Source of the DNA: the human T2T-CHM13v2.0 reference genome, Homo sapiens
Assembly: GCF_009914755.1 (NCBI RefSeq)
Contig: NC_060927.1
Direction: 5' to 3' (one strand)
Length of the DNA stretch: 64,000 nucleotides
In this document: positions 26,456-40,619 of the stretch, in pieces
How the letters are laid out: every line of letters begins with the position of its first letter
Position numbering within the stretch: the stretch's first letter is position 1
Translations under genes and position numbers: made by a program
Notes under the pieces: model-generated
Told to the model about the DNA's origin: nothing
The model's database searches: none
Seen by the model: the letters and a program-made list of their open reading frames with translations, nothing else

Positions 26456-26891
26456 CACTATGCTGCTCACTGTCATTGGCTTGGCTTATCATCTTCTGGT
26501 CCTTTTACTCTGCATTGACATACAATTATGTGCCATCCTGCCCCTGCTGCACTCCAAAGTATGTTCACCCTTCTCTGACTCTACCCCTTGAACTAACGTA
26601 TGGCAGGCCTTCTGCTTCTGTTCCCCGTACCACACATACCATAGCACATTTTACTTGTTAAACAGTTTCAATCTCTTACTCTCTTATTATTAAAATGGGG
26701 GTTCTACATTCAAAGGCAATTTGTTATCAAGATGTCACCAGTTTAAGAGAGAATTCAAGCTTTGGAGATAGGCGCTTGATCTTTGAGATTTCCTTTAAAG
26801 ACTAGCATTGAAGTTCTGTGACGGCCAAAGGGGAGATCCAAGCAAAACCTGAAATAGCATGCCAGGAGATTCCAGAGCTCTTTCTCAACAG

Positions 26892-27230
26892 CATTCATTC
26901 ATTCATTCACTCACTCAGCAAAACTGAGGGCCTACTCTGTGTCAGGCGCTGTAACAAGTGCTGGTACATAGAGAAGGAAACACAACAGTGAAAAGTTCCT
27001 GAGTTCATGGAACTTATCTTCTAGTAGGGAGAGATGGGCAATTAACATGACAAATAAGTGAATTACAGAGTTTGATAGAAAGTGGTCAGTGTTATAGAGA
27101 GAAAGAAAGTAACAGAAAAGAAGGTGAGTACTGGGGAGATGGTGGTTTTAAGAACAGTAGTTAGGCTAGTTCCCACTGAGAAGGTAATATCTGAACCAAG
27201 ACTTGGAAGAAGTGAGGGAGCAAGTCATTT
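26892..27230 (-). mobile_element. L2 3' end
   Basis: cattcattcattcattcactcactcagcaaa...ctactctgtgtcaggcgctgt...ttcatggaacttatcttctagtaggg. Confidence 0.75.
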
Positions 27231-27455
27231 AGAAGAACAAGTCCACATTCATTTGTTCACCAGATATTCGTTGCTTCCACACTGTGTGACAAACATGGTT
27301 CTGGCAAAGATCTGCGTGTTTACTTAAGCCCTGTTTTCCATGTCTCCAATTTTCCTGCACTGGGGGTTTCTTGTCCTGGTGAGGAAAACCAAAACGTAAG
27401 CAACTGTGTTTGGCTCAACCTAATACCATGTTCTTCCATCCTGGATGTTCAGTAC

Positions 27456-27901
27456 TGTTAGAGGTTCAAATTTGTCTCCCTAAAATTTATATGTTTAAGT
27501 CATAACCCCCAGTACCACAGAATGTGACATTATTTGGAGATAGGGTCTTTATGGAATTAAATTAAATGAGGTCTTTAGAATGAGCCCGAATCCAGTATGA
27601 CTGTGTCCTTATAAAATGGGGAAATTTGGAGACAGACATGCACACAGGAAGAACACCATGTAGAAATCAGGACAGAGATGGAGTGATACTTCCACAAGCT
27701 AAGGAATGCCAAAGATTGCCAGCAAACCACCTAGGGAGAAGAGAGGCGTGTAACAAATTCTTTGCAGCCCTCAGAAGGAACCAACCCTGCTAACACCTTA
27801 ACCTTGGACTTCTAGCCTCCAGAACTGTAAGACAAGAAATTTCTGTTGTTTAAGCCACCTAGTTTGTGGTATTTGTATGGCAGCCCTAGCAAATTCATAC
27901 A
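27456..27901 (+). mobile_element. MLT1B/C MaLR solo LTR
   Basis: TG...CA ends; ccccagtaccacagaatgtgac, gaaggaaccaaccctgctaacacct, gacttctagcctccagaactgt, atggcagccctagcaaa. Confidence 0.88.
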
Positions 27902-28111
27902 AGCATAAAAGTGTGTTTGTTTCTAAAGTAAGATAGTACAGTTAAGGGACTCATCTGTAAGTTTCCAATGACCTGATGTCTCTTGTGCAGTAGCAAGAAG
28001 CCAGAATGATCTGATAAATTGAGATTTACTAACCAAATCACCACAAAAAAGGCAAGCTATATTAAAAAAAAAAAAAGAAATAGCCACTAAGCCCCAATTA
28101 TCCAATTGTTT

Positions 28112-28440
28112 CCTCATTCAGCTATTTATCAAGCGCCTGCTGTGAGCCAGGCTCTAGGATATGGTGACAAACAAGGCACATGTGAGTTGCGTGTATTCTT
28201 GTGGGGAAGGTTGGACAGTAAATAATTCAACAAATATATGAATAAGGTCATTTCAGAGCACAATAAGTGCTAAAAGAAAATAAAAGAAGGCTAGAGCATT
28301 AGAAGGATATGAGGATGGGTTTAATTTAGATTGGCTGCCTAGAGAAGGTCCCTATGAGGTAGTGACGTTTGAGTCAAGACCTAACTGACAAAAAGCCATC
28401 CAAGCGAATATCTGGGCAAAAATTGTTCCAGGCAGAGACA
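28112..28440 (-). mobile_element. L2
   Basis: cattcagctatttatcaagcgcctgctgtgagccagg...gaggtagtgacgtttgagtcaagacct...ttccaggcagag. Confidence 0.7.
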
Positions 28441-28911
28441 GTAGTTCCTCTTACAAGAAAACATTCCTGTCATTCATTCGGTAACATTCTTTCTCTCTCT
28501 CTTTGCGACCCATTTTGCATCCTTTGAGGTTGTGTAAAATCAATCAACATCTGTTTCCTAAAAATGGGGTCAAATGATTTATTTTCTTATGTAAGAACCT
28601 GTGAAGGTCACGCCAACGGTATTTTGCACACACCACACATTCACAAAACACCCCTGGATGTGCCTCTGTATTTGTAGGTAGTGACACCACGTGACTTGGA
28701 CATTGTGTTTACTTTCCTCATTTGTATAACATCCAGAACACTACTGGCATGTCCTGGTGCTTAATCAATACGTGCTGATGACTGACTATGCCTGAAAGGA
28801 ACGTTCTGACTCTCCTGGGCCTGTTTAAAAAATCCTCTTGTTTCTAGCGAAGCTTCAGTTTTAAAAATTTGCAACACAATTTTGCACTTAGTAATTTTTC
28901 TGAGGAGACTA

Positions 28912-29090
28912 ATAAGAATGATAGCTGACTTAATTGGAGGCTTGTGTGTGGCTCACTATACTATGTACTTCACACGGATTATCATCTTTATAATCCATGT
29001 AAATATAAGTAAAGGTAAATACAAGGTAAATTCTCTTATTATAATCTCCATGTTACAGATGAGAAAACTGACACTCCAAAAAGGCTAATA
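28912..29090 (-). mobile_element. MIR
   Basis: ctccatgttacagatgagaaaactgacactc. Confidence 0.6.
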
Positions 29091-29227
29091 TGCCCGTGGT
29101 TGAAACCACCTTTAAATGGCCGACTTATGCCTTGAAACAGTCTCGCTTACTGTCAGCTCTGTGTTCGAGTGGTTGAACAGTGAAACAAGTGAAGAAAGAA
29201 CAGAGAAAAAGCAAAAAGCCTCTGTCT

Positions 29228-29440
29228 GGGTACACATGGACATACTATGTAGAATAATAGGCATTGAAGACTACAAAATGTGGGAGGGTGGGAGCGGGGT
29301 GAGGGCTAAAAAATTCCCCGTTGGGTACAGTGTTCACTATTCAAGTGATGGGTACACGATAAGCCCAGACTTCACCACCATGCAACATGTCCACGTAAGA
29401 AACCTGCCCTTGTGCCTCCTAAATATATAAAAATAAATTT
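29228..29440 (+). mobile_element. L1MA-type 3' terminal fragment
   Basis: gggtacagtgttcactattcaagtgatgggtacac...agcccagacttcaccaccatgcaa...aaacctgcccttgtgc. Confidence 0.8.
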
Positions 29441-30828
29441 AAATGTTTTTAAAGCATCTGTCTATTCCTTTACATTTGTCTTTGAAATTTTCAAAGCACT
29501 GTTTTCTAACTTTTTTTTATTTACCCCAGCTTTCTAGCTTTCTAGTACACTTTTCTAGCAGGATATTTGCTTTGTTTTCCCTTGCTTCAAACTAGGAACT
29601 GCAGGGACTTTATAAATGAAATAACTGATACATATAATTTTTGTTTGTTTGTTTTCAGCCTGTCTGTTGTTCAACACCCTCTAAGGAAATGTAAGTCCAG
29701 CTTCTTAGCGCTCAGCCTACTTTGCCAGACATCCTATCTCATACATTGACAGTGTCCCAACACTAAGGGGTCCCTCCCCTTATTCCAATAGTAAAGAACA
29801 TCACGTCCCTTGCCAGACCAAATGCTATAAACAATTTTGCAATACCAGCTCCGGCCCGCTTTACACAGATACTAATAGATCCTCCTGCCTGAGAGTGAAC
29901 ATCTAAAAATGGCTTCGGCCAGTCTTTGTGAATAACTTTCTATTCTCGTGGCTTCCCCACAGTCCTGATCAGGGAAAAAGCCCAGAGAACTTGCAACAGT
30001 GAAATGATGTGAGGCTTCTCTTGTTGCATCCTGGATTCCCTCACCTTGCCCAGGAAGTGGGTAGCCGTTTTAGCCGTAAAATGACTTCCTGCCTTGGATG
30101 GCTTGGTCAGACTTGTTTTAGACTTCTGGAACTCAGACAAGGTGTCTGGATATTTGCTTTGGAAGGCTCGGGTGGGTTTCACTATCATTCCCTTTGCTGA
30201 CCACAACTGCTTCAATAATTTACACCCTGGAAAAGATCAGCACTTCAGGGCAAATTAGCATAAGAAGGATTTATGAAACCACAGTGGGAGGTCACTTTTA
30301 GAAATCATACAAGAGCTGTTGCACAGAGCAATACAAGCTAGGTTCCAAGCAGGGACAACCACAGATAGAATCATCAAAGAAATAATGCTCCTTTTGGTAC
30401 CCTCTCTTCTGTCCATCCCTTCCACTCCAGCATCTCCCAATATGGTCGTATAGCACTCAGCTACACAGAAGGCTGGTGATGTCATTCATTACTTTATTTT
30501 CATTGATTCTTTTGCTAATTTGTTTAAACATTATGTTTGTTAAAGAGATATTTGTACACCCACATTATAGCAACATTACTTTTTGGAAAGAAGCAACCCA
30601 AGTGTCCATCAATAGATGAACAAATAAAATGTGATATATACATGAATGCAATGGAATGTAATTCAACCTTTAAAAGGAGGGCTATTCTGACACATGATGC
30701 AAAAATGGATGAACCTTGGAGACATCATGCTAAGTGAGATATGCCATTCACAAAAAGACAAATACTGTATGATTTCATTTATGTGAGGTACTGAGACTAG
30801 TCAAATGTATAAAGACAGAAAGTGGAAT

Positions 30829-31117
30829 CATGTGACTCATGCCTATAATCCCAGCACTTCAGGAAGCCAATGCAGGAGGATCGCTTGAGCCCTGGAGTTC
30901 TAAACTAGCCTGGGTAACATAGTGGGACCCCATCTCTACAGAAAACAATTTAAAAACTTAGCCAGGCATGGCGGTGCTCATCTATAGTTCCAGCTACTTG
31001 GGAGGCTGAGGTGGGAGTATTGTTTGAGCCCAGGAGGTCGAGGCTGCAGTGAGCCATGATCATGCTACTGTACTACAGCCTGGGTGACAGTGAGACCTTG
31101 TCTCAAAAAAGAAAAAA
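30829..31117 (+). mobile_element. AluJ, slightly 5'-truncated
   Basis: ggatcgcttgagccc, gaggtcgaggctgcagtgagccatgatc; TSD-like agaaagtggaat/agaaagtataat. Confidence 0.88.
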
Positions 31118-31149
31118 GAAAGTATAATGGTGGTTGCCAGGGGCTAGAG

Positions 31150-31372
31150 CAGGGGTGTCCAATCTTGGCTTCCCTGGGCCACATTGGAAAAAGAAGAATT
31201 GTCTTGGGCCACCCATAAAATACACTAACACTAATGATAGCTGATGGACTTTTTTAAAAAATCACAGAAACATCTCATAATGTTTTAAGAAAGTTAACAA
31301 ATTTGTGTTGGGCCACATTCAAAGCCATCCTGGGCCATATGCGGCCCACAGGCCATGGGTTGGATGAGTTTG
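31150..31372 (+). mobile_element. MER30 hAT element
   Basis: caggggtgtccaatcttggcttccctgggccacattggaa...; 8-bp hAT-type TSD ggctagag/gattagag. Confidence 0.85.
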
Positions 31373-32006
31373 GATTAGAGGAAGGGAAGAATGGAAAGTT
31401 AGTGTTTAATGGGTATAGTTTCCATTTTGCAAGATGAAGAGTTCAGGGATGGATGAAGTGACGGTAACCCAATAGTTTGAATGTACTTAATGGCACTGAA
31501 CTGTACACTTAAAAATCATTAAGCTGGTACATTTTATTACAAAGTGCATTTCACCACAATTTAAAATAACTTTTAAAAACTAATGGAAGTTCTTGTAAAT
31601 GTCTAAAATATCAAATTTTTAAAGCTGAAAATGGAGATGTGATTCCATTTGTATCATAAATTACCAAACTTAGACTAAACATATTTTGGTCAAAAAAATT
31701 TTTTAATTTTATTTGCATGTGCTAGATATTGTATGAGGTACTTGAGATGCAGTTGTAAAAGAAAAATCCATAATCCTAGACCTCAAAGAACTTACAAATA
31801 TATACCACAATGACCTGGATGAGACTCTTTATTCAGCTCATACCTTCCTCCTCCAACAAATATTTAATGAGTGCCAACTATGTGCCAGTCTCTCTGCTAC
31901 CTACGAGCCCACATTAGTGAACAAAGTAGATACAGATTGCACTCTCACAGGACTGCCAGTCTAGCAAGGAAAAAAGATAATAAACAAAAAATTATTGTTT
32001 CCCTAA

Positions 32007-32320
32007 GCCAGGGTGTGGTGGCCTACGCCTGTAATCCCAGCAATATGGGAGGCCGAGGCGGGCAGATCACTTGAGGTCAGGAGTTTGAGACTAGCCTGGC
32101 CAACATGATGAAACCCCATCTCTATTTTAAAAATACAAAAATTAGCCAGGCATGGTGGTGCGTGCCTGTAGTCCCAGTTACTCAGCAGGCTGAGGCAGGA
32201 GAATCCCTTGAACCCAGGAAGCAGAGGTTGCAGTGAGTCAAGATTGAGCCACTGCATTCCAGCCTGGGCAACAGAGTGAGACTCCATCTCAAGAAAAAAA
32301 AAAAAAAAGAAAGAAAGAAA
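32007..32320 (+). mobile_element. AluS
   Basis: Full Alu; A/GAAA tail; TSD-like aaattattgtttccctaa/aaattattttttctctaa. Confidence 0.92.
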
Positions 32321-33564
32321 TTATTTTTTCTCTAACCCCTATCTGCTCCATCAAAATTTACTGGTTCTCTGTACCTTCACCTTATAGACTGTAACAGGTG
32401 ACCGTATCAAATCTGCTAATCATTTCCAGATATAAATAAAGTTTCTAACTGTTATCCCTCCCACATTTGTAGCATGTCTGTGTGGTAACACAAGAAACAA
32501 TATATTAACCCATTATTCTCCAAAATATGGTTTTTATTCCACAGATGGGTTGCAAAATGACTTTACCTGAAATGCAAAAGAATTTTTTAATAGTTTTCAT
32601 TGTTTTAATGTACATCAGGAAAAAGTTAAGTGAGAATATCAAACCTGTGGTTTCATGGATATTGCTATTTGGAATGAGGCTAAATTCAAAGGTGATTCCA
32701 ATTAAAGAAAAATATATGGATAATAATTTAAGTAAATGGCAAAATTGGAAAGGTGGGGCATAACACAATCAGAAGGGGGCTGAGATTTATGAAAATAGGA
32801 GTGACTCCATTGGCAGAAATGGCCAATGAGAATGCTATTCTAAAGAAACACAGGATTTGCAGTGCCTTCATATTCCACCATGGGCCTAGCCTGATTCCAT
32901 CCTTAATGTTCTCTTCTCTCTCTAGCTCTGCAACCCTAAGGGGCAGCCACTCTGCCTCACACTGAATGATGATGTATACTGAGAATTTCTTCCTTCCCCG
33001 TTCACCAACTCAGCTTCCCCTGAAACGACTCAATCTAGTGAGGATGGTGGCAAAGATGGGCTGACAGTTAAATATCTTTGGAACTTGGGTTCTGAGCGTG
33101 CTGAGTTTGTGTCTTGCAAGTTGATATTGTGACAAAATAAAGGTGGAAAGAGAAACCATGCTGGTGGTCATTACCTGTCCTGTCTAATCTCCTAGAATTC
33201 TAGTGCAAAGTTTTGGAGAAAACCGAAAAATAAGAGTTGGGTTTTATTCCAGTTTTTTTTTTCTATCTATCATATTCTAACACATGCAACAAAAACCACA
33301 TGCCATTTGACTTTTATTTTTGGACTTGAGTTTTTTGCCTCTACCTTGGAACATTATTTTGTAAAAGGTCATGAATGTTAAAGTAGGACTTAAGAGGCTT
33401 CACTTGGACAACTGACATTTGAAATACTCTCAATCAGGGACTTTCTCATCAGGGAAGCTAAATCTATCCATAGACCTCAAATCCCATGGATTTCAAGCTG
33501 GATGCAGTACTAGACATTTGCCTGCCTGCCAAGCATCTCCCGAGAAAGCGTCCTAGCCAAAACC

Positions 33565-33990
33565 CTTGATTGCAGGTGACAGAAACCCAACACAACTGGC
33601 ATAGGCAAAAAGGGACAGCTATCTGCTCACATAACTGAGAAGTTCCAGAAGTGTGGTTGGATATTAGTACTCAGGGAAGGAATGTATGTGTATGTATAAT
33701 TTCCCCATCTCTTGGCTTTTTTTTTTCTTTTTTTATTGTTGGCCTCATTCTCTTATCAAGAAGAGGCTACATCCAAAAAGCAGAGGAAATGTTATTCAAT
33801 AATCCCAAGCTATTCCCTTCCAGCCACGTGACCCTAAAGGCAACAAGAATTCTCCTCTGACTTCAGTTTTTTAAAAATCTAGCCCAGCTTGTTTCACAAG
33901 TCTATGTCCATGCCCAGGTTGGGCAAGGGGGGGCGGTGGTGAATGGCAGCCCCACTATCATTACATGGTTATAAATTCCTAGAAAAGAAG
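33565..33990 (-). mobile_element. Old MLT1-type LTR remnant
   Basis: gattgcaggtgacagaaacccaac...ctgctcacataactgagaagttccag. Confidence 0.5.
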
Positions 33991-34854
33991 GAACGTTGGA
34001 CAATGCTCACTAGTGTCCATTGCGGAAATCTGCCCTACCCACTGCCCTGACTGAACAACTAACCATGTTCCGTATTACCCAACCCACGTGGCAACAGCTA
34101 AATAAATTATGTTTGAGGTCCTAAGCCAGGTACAATTCATCTATCCAGTTCCTCTGATTTGTGTGACCTGGCTGGAAAAGTGGCATGAGCCAAACAGACT
34201 TTTCTTCCTGGAATTTGAAAATGGGGGCCCTAGAGACTGAGTCATTTGGTTGGGGCAGTTGAACTAAATGTCATAATAAAGTAGAAGACATGACAGACAA
34301 TTATGGACGATGTGCAATTGAAGCTATGAAGAAGCCAGTCTACAGAGTTGGAGATCTGAGACCACAGCAACTCTAAAAGAGATATTCAGGAAGTAGCTGA
34401 CTCGGTTTACTGGGAGCTTCAGTGCTTGAAAATTTTGTGTTTGAGTAGAATATCTAGGTAAGAAAAGGCTAACATATTTAGTGATTTTACCCACATTGTC
34501 TTATTTTCTCTTTGTAGTAACTCCATTAGAAGTTATTTATTTTCTCCATTTTTACCAATGAATAAACTGAGGCTCAGAGAACATATGTGATGTTTCTTAG
34601 TGTGACTTGTTTCAAGCTAGAAAGTCTCTAAGTCAAGAATGCTTTTCCCCTACTCCAAGTTGCCTCAGAATCTTGAGTGGTAGAGATCTGGGCTGGAGAC
34701 GTGGATTTGGAAATCATCTGCTTAGATGCTTAGAGGTACTCATTGCAGCCACAGAGGGGAATGAGGCTGTCAAGTGAAAGTACACAGTTAGGGAATTACT
34801 GTGATAGCCTCATCTATTGGGCACTCACTCTGTGCAAGGCTCTACACATTATAT

Positions 34855-35596
34855 ACTAGTAATGACTAATTGTATGTGTTGAATTAACTGGGCCACAGCA
34901 TGCCCAGATATCTGGTTAAACATAATGTCTGGGTATGTCTGTGAAGGTATTTCTGAAAGAGATTGATATCTGAATAGGTAAACTAAGTAAAAAACAGACG
35001 GCCCTCCCCAACGAGAGAGGGCATTACCCAATTCATTGAGTCCCTGAATAGAACAAAAAGGCAGAAAAAGTTTGAATTCACTCTCTGGCTGACTGTTTGA
35101 GCTGGGACATCGATATTCTCCTGCCTTCAGCACTCCTGGTTCTCAGGTTTTTAGATTTGGATTGGAATCTACACCATCAGCTATAGAGCTCTCAGTGTTT
35201 TGAGCTACACCCCTGGCTTTCCTGAGTCTCCAGCTTGCAGATGGCAGATCATGGAGTCTCAGCTTCTGTAATTGCATGAGCCAATTACCTTAAAAAAATC
35301 TCAGGTTTGTTATATATATAAATAATGTATATTTATATATAATATATATTTATAATGTATATATAATATATATTTATAATGTATATTTATATAATATATA
35401 TTTATAAATAATGTATATTTATATATAATGTATATTTATATTTACTTTTATATAATTTGTATTTAAATTTATTTTTGTATAATTTATATTTATTTATACA
35501 AGCTATACTTATAATTTATATATATAATTTATATTCATATTTATTTCTATATATATCCTATTGGTTCTGTTTCTCTGAAGAACGCTGACTACTATA
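34855..35596 (+). mobile_element. MLT2-family ERVL LTR with internal AT-rich expansion
   Basis: ctgggccacagcatgcccagatatctggttaaacataatgtctgggt...tctccagcttgcagatggcagatc...cctattggttctgtttctctgaagaac. Confidence 0.85.
35311..35556. repeat. AT-rich degenerate TA/minisatellite tract
   Basis: Almost pure A/T; recurring ataatgtatatttatat / ataatatatatttat units. Confidence 0.9.
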
Positions 35597-35884
35597 GTAT
35601 TCTATCAACAGAAGCAAGATTGAGGTAGAGTTTACAGAGGTTCACAGTGACCATGCTTCTAGGTGTCATGAGATGGAAGGAACCTCAAGCAGTTTCTGTT
35701 CTAGGATTTGGTCATTTTCCTGCCATGCTCATGTTCCATTACCCTCGTAGTATGCCTGGTCTGAAAAATTCAATCTGCCTTAACCATTTGAATCTCTAAA
35801 CAAACCTTGCAAATTAATACAAGTCTCAAGGACCAGGCTGAAGAGAACGAGACGGGACCTGGAGAATATAAAAAAGCGGGTATC

Positions 35885-36186
35885 AGCTGGGCGCCATAGC
35901 TCATGCCTGTATTCTCAACATTTTGGGAGGCCAAGGCAAGAGGATCGCTTGAGGCCAGTAATTGGGAAGACCAGCCTGGGAAAAATAATGAGACCCTGTC
36001 TTAACAAGAAATTTAAAAATTAGCCGGGCGTCATGGCAGGCACCTGTAGTTCCAGCTACTCAGGAGGCTAAAGCAGGAGGGTAAGTTTAGCCCAGGAGTT
36101 TGAGGCTGCCGTGAGCTATGATTGGGCAACTGTAGTCTAGCCTGGATGACAGAGTGAGACCTTATCTCTTTAAAAAAAAAAAAAAA
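35885..36186 (+). mobile_element. AluJ
   Basis: TSD aaaaaagcgggtatcag/aaaaaagtgggtatcag. Confidence 0.9.
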
Positions 36187-36898
36187 GTGGGTATCAGGTT
36201 GAATATGGCGACACCCCAAAGTGACACTCCCACCCAGTCTTGATAAACAAGGTTCCAAATTGAGTTAATTTTGCCCCTAGCAAATTCAAAACATTCTAAC
36301 ATTTTCATAAGATTCTTAACAAAAACAAAAAAGTAATGTGTGATTCATTATGTCAGCATTTTATTTTTTAAGGTTATTAGAACACACTGACATACATTTT
36401 AAATAATAAATAAATGCACTGAGATGATTTTTTAAATACTCCCTTGTACTTCCTTTTACTCCATGCCCCTTCTTTCCTTCTTGCACTCAACAAATTGCAG
36501 CAGCTAAACAGTATGCTTACAGCCCTAGGGAAAAAAATACCAAAGCAAAACTCTGAGAACAAAGAGACAAAGCCATGGCTTATGAGTTTCAAAATAGGCT
36601 GCTGAAACCTACACCAGAGATAATAGTTTTGAAAGGGTTTCTGAGCCCCAGAAGCCAGGCTTTTGAATATCAAAAAGCCACAGCCTACCCTGAACAATAG
36701 ATTGGGGAAAATAGCCTCCCCTCTAGCTTTAGACTGGGTACAGACTCCATGGGCTGAGTGCAAGAGAAGACAGTTTGAAGAGAAGAAAGTCAGGTAGGGG
36801 TGAGCGTTACCTGGGAGACCACTGTGGACAAATCTCCCTTAGCCTTCAGCCCTTGTTCATGAGACCAGCAACAGAGGTCTGACCTAGGAAGAAATGCT

Positions 36899-37121
36899 CA
36901 GGGTTCTCAACCTCAGCATTATTGACATTTTGGCCAGATAATTCTTTACTGTGGGAGGCTTCCCTGTGCACTGTAGGGTGTTTAGCAGTATCCCTGGTCT
37001 CTTCCCACTAGACACCAATAGCATTTCACAGTTGGGACAAGCAAAAATAGCTCCAAACATTGCCAAACATTCACTGGGGGTGGGGATGGGGCTCAAAACT
37101 AGCCCCAGTTGGGAATCAATG
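36899..37121 (+). mobile_element. MER20
   Basis: gggttctcaacctcagcattattgacattttggccagataattcttt...ctccaaacattgccaaa...ccccagttgggaatcaatg. Confidence 0.85.
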
Positions 37122-39025
37122 AGACATAGATACATATTACACACATACATGTATATCTTTCTAATAAAAAAGTTATGTGCTTTATACAGAAAACTTCAAA
37201 AATACAGAAAATTCCCCTCAAAATAAAAAGTCAACCATGCTTCATCCACTCAGAGCTAATCATTAATGTTTTATCTATTTCCGTTTTTTCCTATATATTG
37301 TATTTCAACAAACTAAAAGTTGGGGTTATATAATAAAATACTGTTTCATATTCTGCAATTTTTTGCAGATTACATGTCGTGAAACTTCATAGAGGTATAG
37401 TTTTCCTTACTATAGCCATAACATAATCTATTTTGCCAATCTGTTATTGTTGGATATTTAGATTACTCCCAACATTGCACCATCATTGGTAATGTTTTGA
37501 TGAATATCTTCATATATTTCTTTGATTGTTTTATTACAAAAAATTTCTAATGTTGGGGTTTGGATCTGTAATATTTACTATCTCAGTGGTGTAAGTCATA
37601 GTTTTCTGACTTAACACACACATTTTATTTCTCCAGTGCTTTTAACTTTCCACAGTACTTTCCACCTTACCAAACATGCAGGGCAGCTACCAATTGTTCC
37701 CATTTTACTGATGAGAAAACTGATGTCATAGAAGTTAGACGACTTGCCTATGGCAACATAATTATTTTACAAGAATGCTAAAACCCATCTTGCTTGAGTC
37801 CTGGGCTTTTTGCTATTAGTGCTTACTTTGGCAGCATGTATACCACCAAAATTGACATAATCCAGAGAAAGAAGATTAGTATAGTATGCCCCCTACTCAC
37901 AAATGACATGCAAATTTGTGAGCACTGTGGTGTTAAGAAAATTTTAAATTATGAGTCCTATTTCTAAGTACAATTTTCTATAAATTTCAGAGGTCCCAAA
38001 ATGTAATCAAAGCTATGGACCTCAGATGGGTGAATCTACCAGTTCCCAGGAAAAATTCCACAACCAATCTTGTCTCCAAATGCTGATTTGGAGGGTTACT
38101 ATCTAAAGTGCTAATTCCAACATCTGCTTCTTTCTTATCCCTAAAGCCAAATTAAGTTGGCACAGTCTGTTTTTACTTCCAGCTTCCCTCTAATACAGAT
38201 TTATTACCAATTAATTTCTTATCGAGGAAAAACAATCCCATCATAAGTACTTTAGATAATGACACCTAAGTATTTTATATTGCTTTAAGTCTGAACAGTT
38301 AGAATAGAGTGCATCCAATGTTCATTACCTCTTAATGCTTGCATTCTTTTTTCATGTTTTGATTCACCAAAAAAAAAAAAAGAAAGAAAGAAAATGCTAC
38401 CCACTGCTTCGACTATTTTTTAAGTTTAATGAGATTAAATAAATTCTGCGGAGCGGGGAGAAGAGTACAGCTTACTAATGTTTTAAGTGGTTTATGGAAA
38501 TATTCCTACCATGGGCACAATTTTAAACCAAAGCCAGCTTCTGCAGTGCTATTGAAGGCTAATGAATGCCTTAATAACACACAGAGGAAAATGTGATGAG
38601 TTGATTAGATACAGACATATTCTAGACCTCTGAAATATAGTTAGAAAAACAACTCAATTGTACTCAGAGACAGAACTCATGACAAAGAATTATCTTAACT
38701 TCCTAGTGATCCATTTCACCACCCATTAATAATAAGTGATCTTCTTGGCAGTGTATGCTGAGGTAATTGACACTGATTTGAGGTTTAGACTTTAAAGCTC
38801 CAGATAAACCTTGAACCAATTCCTCTCAGTTATAATAAAACTTGGAAAATTTAGAACATCATATAACTTTTCTATTTCCTAGAACCTAGTTGTTGCCAAT
38901 CCTTCTTTCAGTTAATTAAAATTCTTTTGCAGGGATATACTTTTTAAAAATGAATTGTTCGACATACTCTTCTGGAAATTTTATTTTTCTTTTCCCAGTT
39001 GCCTATGTAGTCTTTGGAATGGTTC

Positions 39026-39078
39026 TGTATGTCTGTGTGTGTCTGTGTGTGTGTGTGTGTGTGTTTGTGTGTGTGTGT
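39026..39078. repeat. (TG)n microsatellite
   Basis: tgtgtgtgtctgtgtgtgtgtgtg... Confidence 0.95.
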
Positions 39079-39397
39079 AAGATTGTTACTTTCAAATAGA
39101 CTTGCTTTCTAGTCATTAGACATCCAATTATAGAAGTGTATATTACATAAAGCTGAAATAAACAGTGTTTTTTAGAGTCTGGCAAATTCCAATAGGGTTG
39201 TTATTTGATCTTTGGAGTCTTGAGCAATGGGATACAGGAGATGTCACACTGCTTGGACAAAGAAGGCAAATATCAGATAACAGAGGCCATCTGAACACAT
39301 AGGCAGTTAGGGAGCTCTCAAAGAATGTGAAGGACAAGTAGACAGAAAAAAACATGCAGAGCAACAGTAAAAAGTTGTTTTAAAAAAACTCATAGAT

Positions 39398-40060
<663 letters not shown>

Positions 40061-40300
40061 AAAGGCAGAGACAGAATTAAAAAGTTAGAATAAAAGAACC
40101 AAGAGCCTGAGACAGACATAGGATTCCAACATTAGAAGAAGCTTTTTTCTCACTGGTTTAAGTTGGCTAAAGAGGTTTCCAGACAACTTTGATGTGACTA
40201 ATTGGAAATTTTTTAAAAAGCAAGTTAAAATCAACATTTGGCTTGTGCCAGCCAGATTCAGCGAATATTGTCCAGGCACCTACTATGCACTAGCCACCTA

Positions 40301-40619
<319 letters not shown>

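Larger units (their letters stand above)
30545..31570 (+). mobile_element. L1MB-type 3' end carrying nested AluJ and MER30
   Basis: gcaacccaagtgtccatcaatagatgaa...gatgaaccttggagacatcatgctaagtga...aatgtacttaatggcactgaactgtacacttaaaa. Confidence 0.8.
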
